From IMG/VR virus record IMGVR_UViG_3300031851_000110, positions 1 to 30,903 of that record: 30,903 bases of DNA; one strand, written 5' to 3'. Source of the stretch: a virus (lineage: Duplodnaviria > Caudoviricetes). A program made the translations under genes and the position numbers. Shown piece after piece: positions 19,254-26,430 of the stretch. Position 1 is the stretch's first letter. Every line of letters begins with the position of its first letter. The notes beneath the pieces were generated by a model that was not told where the DNA came from, did no database searches, and saw only the letters and a list, made by a program, of their open reading frames with translations.

Positions 19254-19552
19254 TAGCCAGTTACTCTATCAACAGTTTCTTTAGTAGGCAAAAATATAGA
19301 TAATCCTGAAGTAAAATCTTCTAAAGGATCTACTAGCAAGTCTGGGTTCCTTAAAGCAAACACCCACCATAGATTTACACTTCCGTATAATTCGTGTGCT
19401 AATAAGTCTGGTCTATTTGCATACCTTGATTCTATTGTATAAAGTCTATCGGCTCTACTTTTAGGTATTTTAGGTAAGTCATTAACATCTAAGTAAAAGT
19501 CATTCACGCCTGCTCGATATAAAAAACTATTTGTATTATGAAAAGTTGCCAT
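19253..19552 (-). CDS. Baseplate wedge protein, gp53/LysM-like
   Basis: YTIESRYANRPDLLAHELYGSVNLWWVFALRNP matches the gp53/P2 gpX LysM-type pattern. Confidence 0.85.
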   Translation of the reverse strand: MATFHNTNSFLYRAGVNDFYLDVNDLPKIPKSRADRLYTIESRYANRPDLLAHELYGSVNLWWVFALRNPDLLVDPLEDFTSGLSIFLPTKETVDRVTG

Positions 19553-20292
19553 TAAATAAATCCGTCTTTTAATTGTTTACCACTAGTAAATGCTTGTAGG
19601 TTAAATTTCTTCCTTGTTTTTCTGTATGTGTATTGTGGTGCTAATTCTATCATCACACTTGTTTCTGTAGGCATCATTGTTGTAGTGCCTTTATACTTAA
19701 CAGGTACATAATCTACATCAGGTGGTAATTGGAAGTTATAGTTCCTAATAATTACTGGAACTTTATTAAAACCAAATTCTCCTAGGTATTCAAAAAGTAA
19801 CACCGGAGGAGGTGTACCATAATATCCAGATTTGACAGCAGAGTCTCCATAGAATGCTTTAGTAACACTTCTAAGAAAATGGAAAATGGCTAACATATAT
19901 TGTCCTTCTTCTACTGTATTTGCAGTAAACACACCTGTAATAGGTAATGTTGTAGGTCTACTATTAATATATGTGTAAAAAGGATAGTTTGAACCGTGTT
20001 GCATCGACTCGTTGTAATCGACACTAGCCTGCAAAAAGATATCAGGTGTATAAGGATAGACTATTCCGCCTCTTTCTTGTAAAGGCTTTAATACACTATC
20101 TGTTATCTCTTTTGTTGGGTCATCGGGATCTACGAGCCCGTAAGCCCATTTCTCTCCGCCTTTCTTAGGACGAATCCTTGCTCGCCAATCTTTTTTATCA
20201 AATTGTGTTCCATCACTCGCTTGAACGAATTGAGAAAACTCATCGCCGCCACCTATTTGTAAGCCTTGATTGAATTCTGTTTCATTTGCCAT
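19552..20292 (-). CDS. Putative tail tube initiator / baseplate tube cap (gp48/gp54 or CIS-tube-like)
   Basis: GTPPPVLLFEYLG...VPVIIRNYNFQLP motif, position upstream of LysM-hub-spike genes, AGGAG RBS. Confidence 0.6.
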   Translation of the reverse strand: MANETEFNQGLQIGGGDEFSQFVQASDGTQFDKKDWRARIRPKKGGEKWAYGLVDPDDPTKEITDSVLKPLQERGGIVYPYTPDIFLQASVDYNESMQHGSNYPFYTYINSRPTTLPITGVFTANTVEEGQYMLAIFHFLRSVTKAFYGDSAVKSGYYGTPPPVLLFEYLGEFGFNKVPVIIRNYNFQLPPDVDYVPVKYKGTTTMMPTETSVMIELAPQYTYRKTRKKFNLQAFTSGKQLKDGFI

Positions 20293-20309
20293 ATTAGTCT
20301 CCTATAACA

Positions 20310-20327
20310 TATTTATCACGATAAATA
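20310..20327. promoter_or_regulatory. Back-to-back late promoter boxes TATTTATC-AC-GATAAATA
   Basis: Inverted pair of GATAAATA octamers in the divergent intergenic region between the baseplate operon and the gp55-like gene. Confidence 0.65.
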
Positions 20328-20367
20328 ATAGTACGTTTTAATTATTAGTATGAATATAAGAAAACAG

Positions 20368-20396
20368 TTGACTTTTACCACTTTCGGTACTATAAT
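20368..20396 (+). promoter_or_regulatory. Sigma70-type early promoter
   Basis: TTGACT (20368-20373), 17-nt spacer, TATAAT (20391-20396); AGGAG RBS at 20407-20411. Confidence 0.85.
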
Positions 20397-20416
20397 GCTG
20401 TTTAACAGGAGATTTT

Positions 20417-21289
20417 ATGACTACACCACAACCAAAGAAAGTCAATTATTTGAACAACAAAGATATCCTTAAACAGATACATGCAAGTAAAATGTCTTAC
20501 TGCTATGTTCAGGACGACAAATATTTTAACGTTGACCTTATATTAGACGACGTTAAAAAAATTAATAAAACAGCAATTAGTGAAGCACGAGCCAATCGTG
20601 CATCTAAAGTTCAATCAGAAGGCTATCAAAAAGCAATGGCAGAAGGAGGCTGGGATAAAAAACCTAAGCAGAAAGATTTTGCTATTGATCCTGAGTCTGT
20701 ACCAGTAGATGAATTGGTATTCAGGGTAATGGGATATGACCATATTCCGGATGAGCCTGGCAGAAAGAAAACTACAAAAACTATTGCAGACACAAAAGCA
20801 AAGTTAAACTTTCCACCTTTTAAACATTATATTTTAGATAGTGCTGGAAGTAATCCTAGAGAAGTTGCTAGAAGTCATTGGGTAGGTGGACTACACAATG
20901 GACATTTTTCAGTTGACCATGGCAAGATTACTAACACATTAGGTAGCATGTTTATGAAACTTGTCGAGCGATACAGTCAACGAGGTAACTGGAGAGGTTA
21001 CACTTATGTAGACGAAATGCGTGGACAAGCATTAGTGCAACTTGCACAAATAGGACTACAGTTTAACGAAGCAAAATCAGATAATCCATTTGCATATTAT
21101 ACTGCAACAGTTAATAACAGTTTCACAAGAGTTTTAAATTTAGAGAAACGTAATCAAAACATTAGAGACGACATATTAATTGAGTCAGGACATTTACCAA
21201 GTTACGGAAGACAGATTGCTCACGAAAATGCTATGAAAGAACTTCGTTCAGCGGCTGAAACTGAAGTAGAAAATACAAATACCGAGTAA
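20417..21289 (+). CDS. gp55: Sigma factor for late transcription (T4 gp55-like)
   Basis: N-terminal NYLNNKDIL, and NWRGYTYVDEMRGQALVQL...FNEAKSDNPFAYYT core motif; T4-like order gp55-gp47-gp46. Confidence 0.85.
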   Translation: MTTPQPKKVNYLNNKDILKQIHASKMSYCYVQDDKYFNVDLILDDVKKINKTAISEARANRASKVQSEGYQKAMAEGGWDKKPKQKDFAIDPESVPVDELVFRVMGYDHIPDEPGRKKTTKTIADTKAKLNFPPFKHYILDSAGSNPREVARSHWVGGLHNGHFSVDHGKITNTLGSMFMKLVERYSQRGNWRGYTYVDEMRGQALVQLAQIGLQFNEAKSDNPFAYYTATVNNSFTRVLNLEKRNQNIRDDILIESGHLPSYGRQIAHENAMKELRSAAETEVENTNTE

Positions 21290-21297
21290 CATAATAT

Positions 21298-22317
21298 ATG
21301 GCAAACCTTTTTGAAAGGGCCGCATGTTTTACTGATATACATTACGGCTTAAAACAAAATAGTAGGCAACACCTACAAGATTGTCAAAACTACATTGACT
21401 GGTTTATTGCAGAAGCAAAAGCCAGAGATTGTGAGACATGTATCTTTTTAGGTGATTGGCATCATCACAGAGCAAGTATTAATATTGCTACTATGAATGC
21501 AACTATTAGAGACTTAAAAAAATTAAACGAATCGTTTGAAACTGTTTACATGATTTTAGGTAATCATGATTTATATTATAGAGAAAAACGTGACCTAAAC
21601 AGTATTGAGTTTGCTAGAGATTTACCTAACATTGTAATGATAGATGAACATTTTTTACAAGATGATGTTGCTATTATACCTTGGCTAGTAGGTGATGAGT
21701 ACAAACAAGTTGCTAAAATGAAATGCAAATATATGTTTGCACATTTTGAATTACCTTATTTTAAAATGAATGCAATGATTGAAATGCCGGACCATGGTGG
21801 TATAAACGATAAAATGTTAAGTGGTCCAGAATATGTGTTTAGTGGTCACTTTCACAAACGACAATACAAGAACAACATACATTATATAGGTAATGCTTTC
21901 CCACACAATTATTCAGATGCAGGTGATAACGAACGTGGTGCTATGTTTTTAACATGGGGAGAAGAACCTGTATATGTTAATTGGGATAACTGTCCTAAAT
22001 ATGTTACAATGGGACTTAGGCAACTATTAGAAAAGCCAGAAAATTATTTAGACTCACAAACACATGCTAGAATAAAATTAGATGTAAACATTAGTTACGA
22101 AGAAGCAAATTTTATTAGAGAAACATTTGCGGAAAATTTTAAAGTTAGAGAAATACAACTACTGCCTGTAAAAGAAGATGAGGAAGTATTTGAAGGTGGT
22201 GAAATACAGTTTGAAAGTGTGGACCAAATTGTTATACAGCAACTAGAAACTATAGAAAGTAATTTAGTTGACACCCAAGAACTAATAGAGATTTACAGGA
22301 GTTTGGAAACCCTATAA
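21298..22317 (+). CDS. gp47: Recombination endonuclease subunit (gp47; Mre11/SbcD family)
   Basis: Metallophosphoesterase motifs TDIHYG, FLGDW, GNHD, AHFE, SGHFH. Confidence 0.95.
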   Translation: MANLFERAACFTDIHYGLKQNSRQHLQDCQNYIDWFIAEAKARDCETCIFLGDWHHHRASINIATMNATIRDLKKLNESFETVYMILGNHDLYYREKRDLNSIEFARDLPNIVMIDEHFLQDDVAIIPWLVGDEYKQVAKMKCKYMFAHFELPYFKMNAMIEMPDHGGINDKMLSGPEYVFSGHFHKRQYKNNIHYIGNAFPHNYSDAGDNERGAMFLTWGEEPVYVNWDNCPKYVTMGLRQLLEKPENYLDSQTHARIKLDVNISYEEANFIRETFAENFKVREIQLLPVKEDEEVFEGGEIQFESVDQIVIQQLETIESNLVDTQELIEIYRSLETL

Positions 22318-24086
22318 TGTTAACGATTAAAAATGTAACAGCAAAGAATTTTATGAGTGTTGGAAACAACACACAGGCAGTAACGTTTGATACTGAGCAA
22401 CTTACTCTTGTTCTCGGACACAATCTAGACTTGGGTGGTGATGGTAGTAGAAACGGTACAGGTAAAACTACTATTATTAATGCACTTAGTTACGGACTTT
22501 ACGGAGAAGCACTAACAAATATCAGACGTGATAACTTAATTAACAAAACAAATGGTAAAGGCATGATTGTTACCGTGGACTTTGATATCGATGGACGTGA
22601 ATATCGTATCGAACGAGGCAGACGTCCTAATACTCTAAAATTTTATATTGATGGTGTTGAAAATGCAGATGACGAACAGCAAGGCGACAGCAGAGAAACA
22701 CAAAAAGAAATAGAAAGAGTAATAGGTTTTCCGCATAATATGTTTAAGCACTTGATTGCACTAAACACATACACGGAACCGTTCCTTAGTATGAAAACCA
22801 ATGACCAACGTGATATGATTGAGCAGTTGTTAGGTATTACAGAAATTAGTGAGAAGGCAGAATTACTTAAAGAACTTTTAAAAGGCACAAAAGATAATAT
22901 TAAGGAAGAAGAACTTAGAATACAGGCAGTTAATAATGCAAACAAACGTATCCAGAAAAATATTGAAGAAATAGAAAGCAGAAGTAAAGCATGGAACAAA
23001 AATAAATCGGATAAAGTTAATGCCCTACAGAATAGTTTAGACACCTTAAAAGAAACAGATATTGAACGTGAGTTAGAAAAACACAGAGCAATGGATGTTA
23101 TTAGCAAACAATATGCTCAAATGCAAGGACTAAACAGTGAACTATCTCAACTTGTAACTAGTAGCAAACGAAGTACTAGCACATTAGACACACTTAAAGA
23201 GAATATACAAAAAGCAGAAGACGGTGTATGCCCTGCATGTGGACAAGAAACAGCACACTTAGAAACACATGAAGAGTACACAGCAGAACTTAAAGAGAAA
23301 GAACAAAAAGAAATAGATTATTTTGCAGATTTAGAAATTAAAATTACAGATGTGAAAGGAAAACTACAAGATATAGGAGAGTTGCCTGAATCGCCTATTA
23401 CATTTTATTCTAGTATGGAAGATGCGTTACAGCACAGACACAATCTAGAAACAATTACTGCTCAAATCGAAGAAAATATTAAAGATACAAATCCTTACAC
23501 AGAACAAGTAGAGCAACTTCAAGATACAGGATTAGAAGATGTTAGTTATGACACAATGAATGAACTAACTAGACTAAAAGACCATCAAGAATTCCTATAT
23601 AAATTATTAACAAGTAAAGACAGTTTTATAAGAAAGAAAATTATTGACCAAAACTTACAATATTTAAATTATAGATTAGGTTACTATTTAGAAAAATTAG
23701 GACTACCACATGATGTTAAATTTAACTCAGACTTATCTGTAGATATTACAGAGTACGGAAGAGATTTAGACTTTGATAATCTAAGTAGAGGTGAGCGTAA
23801 TAGACTTATACTTGGTATGAGTTGGGCATTCCGTGACATCTACGAGAGTCTTAACCAGCCTATGAACTTAATGTGTATTGATGAACTTGTAGATTCGGGA
23901 ATGGATACAACTGGTGTAGAAAGTGCATTAGCCGTTCTCAAAAAAATGGGAAGAGAGTCGAAGAAAAATGTATTCTTAATATCTCACAAAGAAGAATTAC
24001 AAGGAAGAGTTAGCAATGTTTTATATGTTGTAAAAGAAGGTGGGTTCACTTCTTATGCAAACGATATAGAAATATTGGATAACTAA
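22317..24086 (+). CDS. gp46: Recombination ATPase subunit (gp46; Rad50/SbcC family)
   Basis: Walker A NGTGKTT, coiled coil with CPAC zinc hook, signature LSRGE, Walker B MCIDE, ISH. Confidence 0.95.
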   Translation: MLTIKNVTAKNFMSVGNNTQAVTFDTEQLTLVLGHNLDLGGDGSRNGTGKTTIINALSYGLYGEALTNIRRDNLINKTNGKGMIVTVDFDIDGREYRIERGRRPNTLKFYIDGVENADDEQQGDSRETQKEIERVIGFPHNMFKHLIALNTYTEPFLSMKTNDQRDMIEQLLGITEISEKAELLKELLKGTKDNIKEEELRIQAVNNANKRIQKNIEEIESRSKAWNKNKSDKVNALQNSLDTLKETDIERELEKHRAMDVISKQYAQMQGLNSELSQLVTSSKRSTSTLDTLKENIQKAEDGVCPACGQETAHLETHEEYTAELKEKEQKEIDYFADLEIKITDVKGKLQDIGELPESPITFYSSMEDALQHRHNLETITAQIEENIKDTNPYTEQVEQLQDTGLEDVSYDTMNELTRLKDHQEFLYKLLTSKDSFIRKKIIDQNLQYLNYRLGYYLEKLGLPHDVKFNSDLSVDITEYGRDLDFDNLSRGERNRLILGMSWAFRDIYESLNQPMNLMCIDELVDSGMDTTGVESALAVLKKMGRESKKNVFLISHKEELQGRVSNVLYVVKEGGFTSYANDIEILDN

Positions 24087-24091
24087 TATGC

Positions 24092-24517
24092 ATGAGCGAT
24101 TGGACATATCAAGGTAAAAAAGTAGACAGCATACCAGAATGGTGTGAAGGATTTGTATACCTAATTACCAATACTAAGAATGGTAAAAAGTATATAGGCA
24201 AAAAACTAGCAAAGTTCAAAACAACCAAACCGCCCTTAAAAGGCAGAAAGAATAAACGTAGAGGCACAAAAGAAAGTGACTGGCGTACTTATTGGGGTAG
24301 TTCGGATCACTTACTAAACGATGTTGTAGCACAAGGCGAGAAACAATTTACTAGAGAGATATTAGAGTATTGTGCCACTAGAGGCGTAATGAGTTATGTT
24401 GAAGCAGAGTTACAATTTAAACATAAAGTGTTGCTAACTGACGATTACTACAACGGAATTATCAACTGTCGCATAGGTGGTTCAAAAATCCTTAAAGAAA
24501 GTTTGAAAGATAGATAA
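24092..24517 (+). CDS. Short GIY-YIG family endonuclease (Seg/EndoII-like catalytic domain only)
   Basis: GFVYLITN...KKYIGKK, YWGSS, FTREIL, conserved E (YVEAELQ), YYN; no C-terminal DNA-binding repeats. Confidence 0.85.
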   Translation: MSDWTYQGKKVDSIPEWCEGFVYLITNTKNGKKYIGKKLAKFKTTKPPLKGRKNKRRGTKESDWRTYWGSSDHLLNDVVAQGEKQFTREILEYCATRGVMSYVEAELQFKHKVLLTDDYYNGIINCRIGGSKILKESLKDR

Positions 24518-24589
24518 CTATTTGCTGACTAACACATAATAGACACCACGTCATACTCACAAGGCACACACGGCACACATAGGACTATA

Positions 24590-24930
24590 CACCTGCCCCA
24601 ACCGAGGCATATTAAATCGGTCTCTTTGACAATCCAGTAATCCTGGTGCGGGAACTAGAGATGTATAGCGGCAAAGATACAAACACACGACAAACAGTAT
24701 TAAAAGGATGTAGGCTCTGAGAAAAAGCAACCTACAAGTTAGTGTAACTAAACTCTTCAAGGTTATATTAATTTCCGTGAGATTCGAGACGGTAGTGTAT
24801 GGGGACAAAAAGCTCACTGGTTCCTAAAAGCACCCGAGATAGAGATGGCGATGCTCATCATGATGACATCACATTGTTCTCCTTGCTTAAGGAGAATTAT
24901 GGCTTAACTTTCATGATAACGTTTATCGTG
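24590..24930 (+). ncRNA. Candidate large structured non-coding RNA (family not recognised)
   Basis: 486-nt gap in an otherwise gene-dense region. Nested helices found by eye: 24645-24658/24817-24834, 24662-24666/24677-24681, 24709-24714/24731-24736, 24737-24749/24761-24773 (4 G-U pairs), 24775-24778/24789-24792, 24857-24863/24911-24917, 24877-24884/24889-24896. Boundaries approximate. Confidence 0.65.
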
Positions 24931-24949
24931 TTAAAAAAATTTCCAACAA

Positions 24950-24976
24950 GAAATGAAATGAATGAAATGAATGAAT
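24950..24976 (+). repeat. Short tandem repeat (GAAAT/GAAT)x6
   Basis: gaaat gaaat gaat gaaat gaat gaat, enclosed by inverted repeat TTTCCAAC (24940-24947) / GTTGGAAA (24983-24990). Confidence 0.85.
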
Positions 24977-24987
24977 TTAGTAGTTGG

Positions 24988-25005
24988 AAAAGACACGAAG
25001 TGTCT
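24988..25005 (-). terminator. Possible intrinsic terminator of the oxygenase-like genes
   Basis: Hairpin AGACAC-TTC-GTGTCT overlapping the stop codon at 25004-25006, followed by a short T run on the minus strand. Confidence 0.45.
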
Positions 25006-25528
25006 AAAGTATTGTATCTAAATATGCTATAGTATCTTTATAGTTCTTCCGCAAGTTAATAGAAAACATTTTAGATTCTTTATTAACTTGTCTCATATCA
25101 CTTCCATGTGACTTTTGAACATTTAACACAAGACATTGTCCAGGGTTTATGAATTTTGATTCTGTCTTCTTTCCGTGGGTAATAGATATAGGGTGTTGTT
25201 CTAGATTAAACAAAATATTACATTTACGCACAAACGGATTACTTTCCCAGCCAATTAAAAAGTCTTCATGATTTTTAACTTGCTGATTTGCAGGAACAGT
25301 TTCAAACCCCACACTATGTTCTTCTGTAACTTCTATAGGACTTAATAATTTTTGTACAGTTTCTAGACAAGATAAGTCTTTTAACATTAATATATCTTGA
25401 ATAATATCATTTCTGTCTGGATCGTTGTGCATGTAAAATTCGTGCGTAGGTGTCGTGCTTTCTATTTCTTCTTTTAGTTCTAGAATTGCTTGTATGTCTA
25501 ATGGGAAATTGTATACTTTACTAAACAC
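25004..25528 (-). CDS. Putative 2OG-Fe(II) oxygenase / cupin-fold protein
   Basis: HED (HxD) ... RKCNILFNL ... LVLNVQKSHGS distal His; GTG start with AGGAG RBS. Confidence 0.65.
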   Translation of the reverse strand: MFSKVYNFPLDIQAILELKEEIESTTPTHEFYMHNDPDRNDIIQDILMLKDLSCLETVQKLLSPIEVTEEHSVGFETVPANQQVKNHEDFLIGWESNPFVRKCNILFNLEQHPISITHGKKTESKFINPGQCLVLNVQKSHGSDMRQVNKESKMFSINLRKNYKDTIAYLDTIL

Positions 25529-25964
25529 CTAATTGCTCCTTTGCTTTCCAAAAATCTTGCCTTGTATTTATTGTTAAAAATTTATAGTTGTATGAGTGTG
25601 TATTTTCGGACCCATGTTCTTTCCTGGTGTTTAACAAAAACATATCTCCGTGTTTTAATATCACAGTTTCTTTCACGTCATTGTTGTGATGGAATATACT
25701 TGCAGTATTTCCTACGTTAATTAACAAATTACTTTTTCTTATATGGTCTATGTGACCGTCTAATATTTGATTTGCAGGAATAGTTTCTGCTCCAATTAAA
25801 TGCTCATCTAGTAAGTTAAACTGTTCTATAAATTCTGCAGGAAACCATTTTGTTGTTTTGATTCTTTCTATAGGAAAAACACATTGTATAACATTGTTGT
25901 ATTCAAATTCCCATCTCCCAAAACCCTTAGTTTCTAACAGGTTAGTGAATATATCCTTGTACAT
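25521..25964 (-). CDS. Putative 2OG-Fe(II) oxygenase / cupin-fold protein (paralog of neighbour)
   Basis: ETIPANQILDGHID...RKSNLLINV...FLLNTRKEHGS aligns with the neighbour. Start at ATG 25964 preferred over 25982 given the promoter position. Confidence 0.65.
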   Translation of the reverse strand: MYKDIFTNLLETKGFGRWEFEYNNVIQCVFPIERIKTTKWFPAEFIEQFNLLDEHLIGAETIPANQILDGHIDHIRKSNLLINVGNTASIFHHNNDVKETVILKHGDMFLLNTRKEHGSENTHSYNYKFLTINTRQDFWKAKEQLGV

Positions 25965-25969
25965 ACCAG

Positions 25970-25977
25970 TATTTATG
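25970..25977 (-). promoter_or_regulatory. Putative late promoter CATAAATA
   Basis: T4-late-like box 5 nt upstream of ATG 25964. Confidence 0.6.
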
Positions 25978-26042
25978 TACAATATTTGTATAAAATGCTA
26001 GGTTTGTGGTAAAAAAGTTACCAGAAAAAGTGGTAAAAAAAC

Positions 26043-26070
26043 TTGACAATGCACTAGATTTCTGTATAAT
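26043..26070 (+). promoter_or_regulatory. Sigma70-type early promoter
   Basis: TTGACA (26043-26048), 16-nt spacer, TATAAT (26065-26070), upstream A-tracts. Confidence 0.8.
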
Positions 26071-26100
26071 AGTATGTATATTAAAAGATGTAGGAGCGTC

Positions 26101-26430
26101 ATGATAGATATATTGCAAGAAGTAACAGACTGGGGCAAATACAAGGTAAACAATGGCATTTACCATGTTAACGGCGCCGGTAAGTTAATAGCATACCAAC
26201 CAAACAAAGATGCTGAAATACAGGTATTAAATGTGCCTAGTAATCAGTTTAGTAAAGCAAGACGTAAGTTTGTTAAAATAGGCGAAAGAGCAGAAGAAGT
26301 ACCTAGTCATGTTATTGAAGTGACTGGATCTAAGGGCAACATTTATTTCGTAGATACGGAAAAACGTACTTGTACTTGCCCAGGTTTTACATACAGAGGA
26401 GACTGTAAACATGTTAAAGAATATTGCTAG
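26101..26430 (+). CDS. SWIM zinc-finger protein
   Basis: GSKGNIYFV...CTCPGFTYRGDCKH (CxC...CxH); AGGAG RBS before ATG 26101. Confidence 0.85.
   Translation: MIDILQEVTDWGKYKVNNGIYHVNGAGKLIAYQPNKDAEIQVLNVPSNQFSKARRKFVKIGERAEEVPSHVIEVTGSKGNIYFVDTEKRTCTCPGFTYRGDCKHVKEYC

Noticed and set aside
14619-23107. ORFs at 14619, 14980, 15224, 15680, 17635, 18437 and 22643
   Set aside because: Antisense to well-supported genes, with no motifs.
24630-24910. RNase P RNA resemblance (CCAGTAATCCTGG hairpin, AGAATTATGGCTTA near the 3' end)
   Set aside because: The 5' GAGGAAAGUCC element needed to form P4 was not found; a cmscan would settle it.
24940-24990. CRISPR-like or guide array
   Set aside because: Repeats are 4-5 nt with no spacers; no cas genes in the window.
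24518-25003. Group I/II intron, tmRNA or tRNA as identity of the non-coding region
   Set aside because: Flanking genes are complete and convergent, so there is no interrupted host gene. No group I P7 core, group II domain V, or T-arm plus acceptor stem was recognised.
24557-25032. ORFs 24557-24817 (-) and 24799-25032 (+, NEMNEMNE)
   Set aside because: No convincing RBS or protein motifs; the sequence is better explained by RNA structure and a DNA-level repeat. A small peptide cannot be fully excluded.
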